Source: a virus (Duplodnaviria > Caudoviricetes). Taken from it: DNA of 32,619 bases. The notes below the pieces were generated by a model. It searched no databases. It saw only the letters and a list, made by a program, of their open reading frames with translations, and was not told the DNA's origin. The stretch lies in IMG/VR virus record IMGVR_UViG_3300048086_000018, positions 1-32,619 of that record. One strand, given 5' to 3'. How positions within the stretch are numbered: position 1 is the first letter of the stretch; the number at the start of each line of letters is the position of its first letter. The translations under genes and the position numbers were made by a program. Of the stretch, positions 8,350 to 16,533 are shown piece after piece.

Positions 8350-8521
8350 CGTATCGGAATCGTTGCAAGCGTGCGCCGCACACGCGATGCGCGGCGAGGC
8401 GTCTCAAGCTGCGTGGCAAGCCGGGTGGGCGGCGTGCGCTGCGCAGATTCGTGACTCCATCAAGGAGAAGCGGCCGCCCAGGAAACTGACGAGCGTGACC
8501 ACGACCGCGGAGGTGAAGTGA
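8234..8521 (+). CDS. Small head-module protein overlapping the portal 3' end
   Basis: AAGGAG SD at 8218-8223; LQDWRLQPQT...helical; stop coupled to groES. Confidence 0.65.
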   Translation: MSPNSSNNHSHFLDLPEESLQDWRLQPQTDLLVASLSNDVSESLQACAAHAMRGEASQAAWQAGWAACAAQIRDSIKEKRPPRKLTSVTTTAEVK

Positions 8522-9072
8522 TGGGAGAAGCGGCACGAAAGAAAGCATCGTTCGCGCTGGTGTCGCCTTCTGGCGAGGACGTCGCCGCCGGGCCGCGCCT
8601 GTCGCACCCGGTGACCCGCGATGGCACGCCGATCCCATTCTTCCCCGTCGGCTCGCGCGTCGTGGTCGAACGCCTGCCGCCGGAGACCAAGATCGCCGGC
8701 ATCACCATCCCCGACACCGCCCAGGCCCTTCAGCAGTACGGGACCGTCGTTGCCGCCGGCCCTCAGGCACAAGGCATCCTCGACGACATGGGCATCGGCA
8801 TCGGAGACACCGTGTGCTTCGGGAAACACGTCGGGCTCAACTGGGAGTGGAATCCCGATGGCAAGGAGTCCTACAAAGATCGACACCGGGTCGAGATCAT
8901 CCGCGCCGAAGACATCCTGGGCGGCAAGGAGCTGGCCGAGCAGATGGTCGACGGGAGACTTGGGATCGCGCTTTATTGCCCCGACTGCGGCGGCATGAAA
9001 GACGAAGAGAAGCACATGACTCACAACTGCACAGTCGAGTATCGGTTTTTCGCTCAGAAAGGACTCAAGTAA
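8518..9072 (+). CDS. groES: Phage co-chaperonin GroES (Cpn10) with a C-terminal Cys/His extension
   Basis: FPVGSRVVVERL, mobile loop ETKIAGITIPDTA, GTVVAAGP, GDTVCFGKHVG, IIRAEDILG; extension CPDC-x7-H-x2-HNC. Confidence 0.9.
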   Translation: MMGEAARKKASFALVSPSGEDVAAGPRLSHPVTRDGTPIPFFPVGSRVVVERLPPETKIAGITIPDTAQALQQYGTVVAAGPQAQGILDDMGIGIGDTVCFGKHVGLNWEWNPDGKESYKDRHRVEIIRAEDILGGKELAEQMVDGRLGIALYCPDCGGMKDEEKHMTHNCTVEYRFFAQKGLK

Positions 9073-9963
9073 ATGGGCGCCGAAGACGATCTTCCGGTAG
9101 AGGTACAGGCTGAAGTCGACAAGATCCGAAGCGACGAGGGCATCGTCGACGATGCGCCGGCGGCCATCGAACAGATCGAGGTTGCCCCCGTCGAGGTGGA
9201 GCGACCGAAGAGCCGAAAGCAGCAGGCCGAGGAAGAGCGCGCCGCCCAGTTTCGTGCCGTCGAAGAGCGCGCCACCAAGGCCGAGCAACTCGCCCAGGAG
9301 ATCCGAAACGAAGCCAACCAGCGCATGGCCCGCCTTGAAGCATTGCTGGAGGCCGGCCAGCGCTACCAGCAACAGCCCCCTGTCACTGAGCAACAGACCG
9401 AGCGTCGCGACTGGCGCGAGCGCGCCGACAAGGCGATGAGGAAGGCGGAGAAGGCCCTCGCCGCCGGCGAGCTGACCGAATACCACGATCAGCTGGCCAA
9501 GGCCACCGAGCTGCGCATGGAGGGCAAGTTCAACCCCAGGCTGGAAGAGACCCAGCAGCGCTTCCAGCAGCAGATCCCGCAACAGCCGATGCAAAAGCCA
9601 GCATGGGTGACATCGGTGGAAAACGAATTCCCCGACGTGGTTCAGCACGCCGCCGGCCTCAATGCCGTCGCCGCCTTCATCAACCTCGACGGCAGCGTCG
9701 GCTTCTCGCCCGAGAAGTTGAAACGTGCCTTCCTGCGCGCCCGCCAGGAGATCACGCCCGATCGCGCAGCCCCCCAGCCGTCGGAGCGGTCCAGGCAGCT
9801 GCTATCGGGAGCGCCGACGGGCGGCGGCGGGCGTGGCGCCCCGGCCGCGCCGAACGGATCGCCCAAGGTGTCGGTGCCGAAGAACTACCGGGAGATCGCC
9901 AAATCAGTGGGCATGACGCCCGACGAATACGTGCGGGCGGCGGCTGCCATGGAACGCAAGTGA
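9073..9963 (+). CDS. Capsid scaffolding protein
   Basis: Acidic N-terminus, coiled coil, C-terminal EIAKSVGMTPDEYVR motif typical of podovirus scaffolds; position between portal and MCP. Confidence 0.75.
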   Translation: MGAEDDLPVEVQAEVDKIRSDEGIVDDAPAAIEQIEVAPVEVERPKSRKQQAEEERAAQFRAVEERATKAEQLAQEIRNEANQRMARLEALLEAGQRYQQQPPVTEQQTERRDWRERADKAMRKAEKALAAGELTEYHDQLAKATELRMEGKFNPRLEETQQRFQQQIPQQPMQKPAWVTSVENEFPDVVQHAAGLNAVAAFINLDGSVGFSPEKLKRAFLRARQEITPDRAAPQPSERSRQLLSGAPTGGGGRGAPAAPNGSPKVSVPKNYREIAKSVGMTPDEYVRAAAAMERK

Positions 9964-10184
9964 AAGCCAAAAGGGCCGTCCTTTCGGCAGATTGCGACGC
10001 CTGTGAGGGCAAGGGCCAGGTCTCACGCGAGGGCGGTCGGTACACCGCAAGATGTGACAACTGTCACGGGTCAGGGATTCGCAACTGGCAGAAAGTCATC
10101 TGCCCGGCGTGCGATGGCGCCGGGTTCGATCAGGGCACCTGCGCGACATGCATGGGCGGCGGCATCATGCTCCCTGCAAAATAG
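9960..10184 (+). CDS. Stand-alone DnaJ-type cysteine-rich zinc-finger protein (74 aa)
   Basis: GTGA overlap with the scaffold stop; four CxxCxGxG repeats (CDACEGKG, CDNCHGSG, CPACDGAG, CATCMGGG). Confidence 0.8.
   Translation: MKAKRAVLSADCDACEGKGQVSREGGRYTARCDNCHGSGIRNWQKVICPACDGAGFDQGTCATCMGGGIMLPAK
10053..10068. promoter_or_regulatory. Dispersed pseudo-palindromic site, copy 2 (TGTGACAACTGTCACG)
   Basis: Perfect GTGACA-N2-TGTCAC arms; about 120 bp upstream of the capsid-operon -35. Confidence 0.5.
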
Positions 10185-10187
10185 TTG

Positions 10188-10217
10188 TTGACAGACTCGA
10201 CGAAGAACCATCACCTT
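10188..10217 (+). promoter_or_regulatory. Sigma70-type promoter of the capsid operon
   Basis: Consensus TTGACA(10188-10193)-18 bp-CACCTT(10212-10217) in the only sizeable gap of the head module. Confidence 0.5.
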
Positions 10218-10339
10218 TGAAACAATCAGAACGGTATCCCGCCGCTGGTCGTCCAGGTCAGGCGCGGTTCTGCTCACAATCCTGCGGACTGGGGAGTCGC
10301 ATCCGGTGGCCGCATGTAAAGCGCGACGGTGCTAAATGA

Positions 10340-10885
10340 GTGAGCGAGCAAACAGATAAGCAGGTCGTTGTCGGTCACCGCGGAAAGCGCCGCGACCCAG
10401 CGTCAACGCCGGTTGTGACCAACTGGCAGACCGACGTCATCACCGACCGTGAGCCGGGCTTCGTTTACGAGTTCGCGTATTACGATCCCGACAACAACAA
10501 CGACACGCTCTCTCGCCGCCTGCATCCGACGCGCATCCAGCTGCACGACTACGCCAACGGGACGTCGGAGGTCTTCGACATTCCCGCGTGGGAGGTCTGT
10601 CACCGCGACACAGGCCCCGAGCAGCTCGCCGGATTCGCCCCATCCGAGGGCAAGCCTGTCGACACGGTGTTGCGACATGGCGGGAAGCACGTCGCGATCC
10701 GCATCAAGCAAGAGCACTGGGACATCCTGCAGCGCGCCCAAGAGCAGCGCGCAGAGTCCTATCAGCAGCGCGTCGACAAGGGTGGACGCTACGAATTCGA
10801 TTCCAACGGCGCCACGTCAAGCACTGACGGTGATCTCCGGCCCGGAAACATTCGATTGACCCAAAAACCGATCGCGAGGGTGTAG
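10340..10885 (+). CDS. Head-module hypothetical protein
   Basis: 181-aa ORF with coding-type GC3 between scaffold and capsid genes. Confidence 0.7.
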   Translation: MSEQTDKQVVVGHRGKRRDPASTPVVTNWQTDVITDREPGFVYEFAYYDPDNNNDTLSRRLHPTRIQLHDYANGTSEVFDIPAWEVCHRDTGPEQLAGFAPSEGKPVDTVLRHGGKHVAIRIKQEHWDILQRAQEQRAESYQQRVDKGGRYEFDSNGATSSTDGDLRPGNIRLTQKPIARV

Positions 10886-10889
10886 GAAC

Positions 10890-11510
10890 ATGCCAAACGC
10901 ATCATTTACCGGCTTCTGGCCCTATGGCAACGCGGGCAGCACTTCGACGCAGCTCATGCGCCGCCGGGCCGCCAGCAACAACGGCACCGCCTTCTTCTTC
11001 GGCGACTGCAGCGTCTACACCGCGGCTGGCGTGGTCGGCCTGGCAACCGCGGGGGCTGGAATCACGACCGTATTCCAGGGCGCCGAGTATTTCGATTCGT
11101 CGATCAACTCGCGACGGTTCAACCCGTATCTACCGGTCAGCACGACCTACAGCGGGACGGCGTTCGACGACTGGGGCAACACCGACGAGACGATGATGCT
11201 GTGTGTGGCCGATCCGGTCAACACGCGGTTTCAGGCTCAGTACTCGGCCAGCACCCCGGCCCAGACTGACCTGACCAAGAACGCGAACTTCTCGGCGGGC
11301 ACGGGATCGACCACCACCGGAATCAGCGGCCACGTCCTCGATCAGACGACCATCGCCACGACGTTGACCCTCGACTTGCGCATCCAGGACCTGAAGCGAA
11401 ACGTGTTCAACGATCCGACCATCGCCGCTCAGGCCAAGGTCATCGTGCAGATCAACAACGGTCGTGTTCCTCCCTTCGGAACCTCGGCCCCTGGCTCGGT
11501 GGGTATCTAG
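10890..11510 (+). CDS. Probable capsid cement/decoration protein
   Basis: TAGGA SD; MPNASFTGFWPYG N-terminus and Thr/Gly-rich beta composition; immediately precedes the MCP. Confidence 0.65.
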   Translation: MPNASFTGFWPYGNAGSTSTQLMRRRAASNNGTAFFFGDCSVYTAAGVVGLATAGAGITTVFQGAEYFDSSINSRRFNPYLPVSTTYSGTAFDDWGNTDETMMLCVADPVNTRFQAQYSASTPAQTDLTKNANFSAGTGSTTTGISGHVLDQTTIATTLTLDLRIQDLKRNVFNDPTIAAQAKVIVQINNGRVPPFGTSAPGSVGI

Positions 11511-11512
11511 TC

Positions 11513-12412
11513 ATGATCAACTCAGCCGCAATCTACAAGTCGATCGAGCCGGTGGTCCGCCACTTCTGGGGCCTGGAGCTCGACTCGGCAAAGAACCCTT
11601 CCGTCTTCGACAAGATCTTCGACGTCGAGGAAACGGACGAGCCGGTGATGGAGGCCACCGAGTACGGCGGCCCCGGCACCATGGGCTACAAGCCGGAGAA
11701 CGAGCGGATCATCTTCGACAACATCGTCCAGGGTGGTACCAAACGCTGGATCGCCGGCACCTGGGCGACCGGCGTCGAGATCTCGCTGGAGGCTGCAGAG
11801 GACACCAAGTACCGCGCCATCCGGACGGCGGCCACGTCCCTCGGCCGCGCGGCCAAGCTGACGCCCGAGTATCTGACGGCGCAGTATCTTGACCGCGGGT
11901 TCAACACCAGCTACCCGGCGACGAACGATGCCCTGCCGATCTTCTCGGCCTCGCACGTCATCCCCAAGGGCGGCACCTACTCGAACCTGCTCGCCAACGC
12001 CTACTCTCTCTCGGAGTTCGCGCTTGAGCAGGTCTTCCAGAACCTGGCCACCTTGCCGGGCCCCGACGGGATGATCACGCCGCTCATGCCGAAGACGCTG
12101 ATCGTGCCCCCGGCGCTGGCCATGCTGGCCTGGAAGCTGATGGAGACGCAGCTGCAAGTCGGATCGGGCAACAACGATCGTTCGTTCGTCGCCGGCAAGC
12201 TGCAGGTCATCAGCAACCCCTACCTGGGCAGCAACACCCGGTGGTTCGTGAAGACCGATGCGCAAGACGGATTCTTCTGGAAATGGAGAGTCAAACCGCA
12301 GTTCATGCGCGACAACATCGACGCCATCACCATGGCGCTCTACATGTGCCGGTTCCGCGCCTACTGGGGCATCATCGACGGGCGCGGCGCCTACGCCTCG
12401 AACGCCTCCTAA
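11513..12412 (+). CDS. Major capsid protein (Mu gpT-like family)
   Basis: IFSASHVIP, PKTLIVPPAL, NPYLGSNTRWFVKTD, WGIIDGRGAYAS motifs; 299 aa; strong codon bias. Confidence 0.9.
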   Translation: MINSAAIYKSIEPVVRHFWGLELDSAKNPSVFDKIFDVEETDEPVMEATEYGGPGTMGYKPENERIIFDNIVQGGTKRWIAGTWATGVEISLEAAEDTKYRAIRTAATSLGRAAKLTPEYLTAQYLDRGFNTSYPATNDALPIFSASHVIPKGGTYSNLLANAYSLSEFALEQVFQNLATLPGPDGMITPLMPKTLIVPPALAMLAWKLMETQLQVGSGNNDRSFVAGKLQVISNPYLGSNTRWFVKTDAQDGFFWKWRVKPQFMRDNIDAITMALYMCRFRAYWGIIDGRGAYASNAS

Positions 12413-12420
12413 GGAGCACC

Positions 12421-13407
12421 ATGCCGTTTACGAATTTCCCCGGCGGCGTTTCCAGCTTCGGCATCCCGATGACTGGCCAAGGCTCCCTTTACGACATGCC
12501 GTCCGGCAAGGTTTGGTGGGTCTGTAACCGGGCCGGCGTCGTCAGCGGCGACGGCACCAGTCGCGATGCTCCGTTCCCGTCGATCGCTGACGCCGTCACC
12601 AAGGTGGCCACCACCAATCCGACGCTGGGCGATCAGATCACCGTGATGGCCGGCCACGCCGAAAACGTCACCGCCTCGAACGTGTTCTCCGCCTCCTTGG
12701 TGAACACTGGCGCGGCGGTGATCCCGGCGGGCACCCGCATCATCGGCGAAGGATTCGGCACGCAGCGGCCGGTTCTGACGTTCACGGCGGCGGCCAGCAC
12801 CATCGCCCTCGCCGCCGCTGGATGCAGCATCGAAAACGTGCAGTTGCTCTGCCCGCAGACTGGCACTACCACTGTGGCGGCCGTGATCACGGTGACCGCG
12901 GCCGGATGCTCTGTCCGCTCTTGCCAGTTCCAGGGCAGTTCTTCGGCCACGGCCCTGGTGACCACCGGGATCAGCCTGTCCTCGGCGGCCAATGACTTTT
13001 CCGCTCTGGACAACACCGGCTTCACCGTCACCGGCACGCCGACGAGTTGGCTATCGACGACTGGAACGGCCGGCCCGACGCGCATGATCGCCCAGCGCAA
13101 CTATGTCCAGTGGTTGCTGACCGCCACCACCTCGGCGGTCATCGATGTGTCGGCGAACAGCGTGTCCGGCCCGACGAACGTCCTCATCGCCGACAACAAC
13201 ATCGGCAACCTCACCGCCGCCAGCACCGTCGTGATCAAGGGCTCTGCGACCTTGAGCGGTGTCGCCGCCTTCAACTTCCTGCAAACGCTGGCAGCGGCGA
13301 CGGCCGCCTGCATCACCACGCCCGGACTGCTGACGATGTATCAGAACCAGGTCTGCCAGCAGGGCAAATTCGCCATCGCCATCACCACAGGTGGTACCTC
13401 GGCTTAA
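12421..13407 (+). CDS. Virion right-handed beta-helix protein (head fibre/spike candidate), paralog 1
   Basis: AAGGAG SD then MPFTNFPGGVSSFG; DGTSRDAPFPSIADAV entry motif; IIGEGFGTQRP; Asn-ladder repeats. Confidence 0.75.
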   Translation: MPFTNFPGGVSSFGIPMTGQGSLYDMPSGKVWWVCNRAGVVSGDGTSRDAPFPSIADAVTKVATTNPTLGDQITVMAGHAENVTASNVFSASLVNTGAAVIPAGTRIIGEGFGTQRPVLTFTAAASTIALAAAGCSIENVQLLCPQTGTTTVAAVITVTAAGCSVRSCQFQGSSSATALVTTGISLSSAANDFSALDNTGFTVTGTPTSWLSTTGTAGPTRMIAQRNYVQWLLTATTSAVIDVSANSVSGPTNVLIADNNIGNLTAASTVVIKGSATLSGVAAFNFLQTLAAATAACITTPGLLTMYQNQVCQQGKFAIAITTGGTSA

Positions 13408-13414
13408 CCGAACG

Positions 13415-13462
13415 CCTCGGGCCACCGGCCGGTGTCTCCATCCCCGGTCGGGTGCCCTGGGG
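13415..13462. terminator. GC-rich imperfect hairpin between the beta-helix genes
   Basis: Arms 13415-13432 and 13444-13462, internal palindrome CACCGGCCGGTG (13423-13434); no U-tract. Confidence 0.3.
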
Positions 13463-13481
13463 AAAATAGGAGCAAACGACA

Positions 13482-14273
13482 GTGGCAAGCCCGATCATCT
13501 GGACGGCAGGGTTCGCGGGAACCGGCATCGACACCGCCATTGCGGTCAACAACCTGTTGTCCGCGTCCGTCCAATGGGTGAACTTCGCCACTGGAAGCGA
13601 CGCGAACGCCGGCACCGAGCCAGAGTTGCCCGTCAAGACGACCGCGCAAGCCGTGACCAATGCCGTGGCCGGCTCCACGATCATCTTCGCGTCAGGAAAC
13701 ACGGAGACCATCACCGGCACCGTCACCGTCAACAAGGCCGGCCTGCGGTTCCTCGGGTTCGGAACCGGGAGCAACCGCCCCAAATTCACGCCGGCGAGCG
13801 GCGCTACCGCCATGTTCAACGTGACCGCCGTCGATGTGTGCTTCGAGTCGCTCTACTTCGCCACCGCTGCCGCGACCTCGGGCGCGGGGGGGCGCATCAC
13901 CTGCGCCGTTGCCGGCCTCGAAGTGAATTCCTGTCAGGTTGATTGCGGCGCCAACGACCAAGAAGGGATCTTGCTGTCCTCCGGCGCTGACCGCTTCCGC
14001 ATGGATTCCACGGTGTTCACCGCCACCGCCAGCCGGCCGACCCGGGCCCTGGGCCTGGCGGCGGCCATCACCGGCGGCAAGGTGATCAACTGCACGATCG
14101 ACGGCGCCACATTCGGCTGGGCCGGCAACGCCTTCACCTGCTCGTCTTGCGTGTCGCTGGTGGTCAAGAATCTGACCATCGCCGGGCAGTCTGACGTCCT
14201 GGGCGCCACCACCACCAGCTATCAGTTCTACGGCGTGACGACGTCCGCGGCAGGCAAGGTGACGCTGTCGTGA
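13482..14273 (+). CDS. Virion right-handed beta-helix protein, paralog 2
   Basis: AGGAG SD; DANAGTEPELPVKTTAQAV and FLGFGTGSNRPKFT align by eye with paralog 1. Confidence 0.75.
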   Translation: MASPIIWTAGFAGTGIDTAIAVNNLLSASVQWVNFATGSDANAGTEPELPVKTTAQAVTNAVAGSTIIFASGNTETITGTVTVNKAGLRFLGFGTGSNRPKFTPASGATAMFNVTAVDVCFESLYFATAAATSGAGGRITCAVAGLEVNSCQVDCGANDQEGILLSSGADRFRMDSTVFTATASRPTRALGLAAAITGGKVINCTIDGATFGWAGNAFTCSSCVSLVVKNLTIAGQSDVLGATTTSYQFYGVTTSAAGKVTLS

Positions 14274-16084
14274 GCACGCGCCCGCAAACGTTCGAGCCCG
14301 GGACGTTCCTGCGGCCATGCGATCTGTGCGGCATCCGCTACCGCGCGAACCAGCTGCGCAAGGGCGAGGATGGCTTCTGGCGCTGTCTGGCCTACTGCCA
14401 TGAAGTTCCGATGATCACGCGAGACCGCGTCAGCGCGCAATCGCAGAGGCGCAAGGAAGCGCCACCGCCACCGCACGGCGTCCCCTTCGACCGGCGCAAC
14501 GCCTACTCGGAAGAAGAGCTCGTCTTCAACTTCATCTGTGGCCAGCCGGTCAAGGATGCAGGGTGGGCCAACGGCTTCCGCCTGGGCGTGCCGCCGCACG
14601 ATCTCATCGACTGCACGAATGGCGGCTTCGGCGCGCCGGCCGCCAACCCGGTGACCGGCAACGTCGCTTACTCGGTCCTGGCCGCCGCCGAAGCCTGCCG
14701 GTACCTCTACGGCATCATCAACGAAAACAAACGTCCGCTGAAGTGGATCGCCACGGCGAAGGCCAAGCTGCGCGAGTTGGCGGACTGGTTGATCACCAGC
14801 CAGCGCGGCTTCGGTACGTCGCCGTCATCGACGAAGACCAACGATGGCCTTTACGGCGGGCTGGCCAGTCCCGATCCTGTCGGATCCTCATATGTGACGG
14901 TCGAAAATGCCGCCGCCGGGCTGGCGATGCTTTACGCCTATCGTTCACTGGGGGACGTCAAATACCTGCTGAGCGCGCAGGCGTCGGCGACCTTCTTGCG
15001 CAACGTCCAGGCCGCCCCCAATCCGCCTTACCTTGGCGCCCTGCCGACGGACATCGGCGCCATCCTTTCGGTCACCCCGTTCTATTCGCCATCCGCGCTG
15101 CTGGCGCTTGAGTTCTGGAATGAGCTGCTGACCACTTCTGGCGATGGGCAGTACGGATCTGATGGCACGCCGGTCGGCTTTTCGGTGGCCCCGCAACAGC
15201 TTCTATCTCAGTGCATCGCCGACTTGCGTGCGTTCTGGTCAGTTGGGGCTTACAACAACGCCACCGGCGGCACGGTCAATGGACTGTCGTCGGCATCGCT
15301 GTGCGATTCGTACGAGCAGGCGGGGACGTTTAAACAGTGGTTTCGCGGGCTTGATCAATACTCACCCACCGCCGGCTGGTTTGTACCATCCCGACCGGTG
15401 GCAATCGGTCTGCGCAGTCTGTTCAATTATGAGGGGTTCTCGTCGCAGGTGGCGGACGTCTGGAATTACCTGATGGGCTTCGCGTCCAACGCCGCCTTCA
15501 CCTCGGCCGCGGGAACGCTGGCCACCGATTTCGCCTGCGCGTCGACGACGAACAGCGCGAATCCACCGCCCCCGCCAGTCGGCCAGGGCAACGTGATCGC
15601 GCCGTCGTACAATCCGAAGCTGGCGCTTTCGGTGACGCTGCTGGTACGCGACCTGACCACGAATGTGGCCACCGCGACGAACGCCTATGACTATGATCCA
15701 TGGTTTCTCAACACCGGGCAGAAGCGTTCAACGTACGATTGGGCCACGTTCGGACTGCTGGCCGCGATCCAGTCGTCGCGGGACGCTGGCAGCTTCCGCA
15801 AGGCCAAGGACGCCGCGATCGCCGGCCGCCTGCGCACGCCGGTTCCATTCGAGTACGGCGCGACCCCCGTCTCTGACTCACCGATGCTGCGCGGCTCTTC
15901 GGGTCTGGCCTTTCAGCTCAACCATGGCGACGACTTCAGCGTTTACCCCGCCGCCCGCCGCCTCTGGTCGGTGACGTCGGCCGCCATGGTTGGCAACGCC
16001 TTCCGCTACCAGCCGCAAGCCTTTGCCGGCGCGCCCGCACCCGGCGGGATCTACTCACAAGCCGCCCCAGGAGTTCAGTCATGA
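14270..16084 (+). CDS. N-terminal Zn ribbon fused to a probable alpha/alpha-toroid domain
   Basis: CDLCG...WRCLAYC at the N-terminus; helical-hairpin repeats LRELADWLITSQ and NAAAGLAMLYAYRSLGDVKYLLSAQASATFLRNVQ. Confidence 0.6.
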   Translation: MSTRPQTFEPGTFLRPCDLCGIRYRANQLRKGEDGFWRCLAYCHEVPMITRDRVSAQSQRRKEAPPPPHGVPFDRRNAYSEEELVFNFICGQPVKDAGWANGFRLGVPPHDLIDCTNGGFGAPAANPVTGNVAYSVLAAAEACRYLYGIINENKRPLKWIATAKAKLRELADWLITSQRGFGTSPSSTKTNDGLYGGLASPDPVGSSYVTVENAAAGLAMLYAYRSLGDVKYLLSAQASATFLRNVQAAPNPPYLGALPTDIGAILSVTPFYSPSALLALEFWNELLTTSGDGQYGSDGTPVGFSVAPQQLLSQCIADLRAFWSVGAYNNATGGTVNGLSSASLCDSYEQAGTFKQWFRGLDQYSPTAGWFVPSRPVAIGLRSLFNYEGFSSQVADVWNYLMGFASNAAFTSAAGTLATDFACASTTNSANPPPPPVGQGNVIAPSYNPKLALSVTLLVRDLTTNVATATNAYDYDPWFLNTGQKRSTYDWATFGLLAAIQSSRDAGSFRKAKDAAIAGRLRTPVPFEYGATPVSDSPMLRGSSGLAFQLNHGDDFSVYPAARRLWSVTSAAMVGNAFRYQPQAFAGAPAPGGIYSQAAPGVQS

Positions 16085-16533
16085 TGCCGATGCAACAGCG
16101 ACCGCCGATGGGCATGCCCCAGCAACAGCCCCCACGGCCACCAAACCCCTACGCCGCCATGCTGCAGCAGCAGATGGGCGGCGGGCAGGGCCCTGGACTC
16201 AGGTTGGGACAAATGTCACAGCTTGGCATGGGTGGGCCGATGGGCGGCGGGCCGCCGCAGATCAATCCGCAGCAGATGCAGGCCATGCAGCAGATGCGAC
16301 AGCGGATGCAGCAGCAGCAACCGGGCGGCCTGCCCATGGGCGGCGGCATGAGCGCCGGCGGGCAGCCGCAGGGGCCGTTCCCCGGCGCGCGCCCGCAGGG
16401 ACAGCCGGGCGGCGGCGCCTACGGCGGCATGCTGCAACAGCAGCTCGGTCAGCAGCGGCCACAGTTACCCCAGGGTGGCCTCTCGCGCCCCGCGCCCACC
16501 GGCATGCCCAACTGGGGAGGCCCGTTGCGCTAA
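16081..16533 (+). CDS. Q/G/P/M-rich low-complexity (prion-like) protein
   Basis: Coupled on both sides (ATGA; TAA-ATG); 150 aa lacking D, E, K, C, H and V. Confidence 0.75.
   Translation: MMPMQQRPPMGMPQQQPPRPPNPYAAMLQQQMGGGQGPGLRLGQMSQLGMGGPMGGGPPQINPQQMQAMQQMRQRMQQQQPGGLPMGGGMSAGGQPQGPFPGARPQGQPGGGAYGGMLQQQLGQQRPQLPQGGLSRPAPTGMPNWGGPLR
16205..16220. promoter_or_regulatory. Dispersed pseudo-palindromic site, copy 3 (TGGGACAAATGTCACA)
   Basis: Local run of atypical codons (agg ttg gga caa atg tca) inside a GC3-rich gene. Confidence 0.6.

Noticed and set aside
4312-9648. Long minus-strand ORFs (4312..5313, 6361..7887, 8404..9648)
   Set aside because: Antisense shadows of TerL, portal, GroES and scaffold, expected in GC3-rich genes; no motifs or SD.
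9603-9959. N-terminal 119 aa of the 193-aa ORF 9603..10184
   Set aside because: Out-of-frame overlap with the scaffold gene; the coupled GTG at 9960 is the more plausible start.
12241-12420. Possible -1 frameshift fusing the MCP to the downstream beta-helix gene (T7 10B-like), since that frame is open from 12241
   Set aside because: No slippery heptamer seen, and the downstream gene has its own AAGGAG SD and ATG at 12421.
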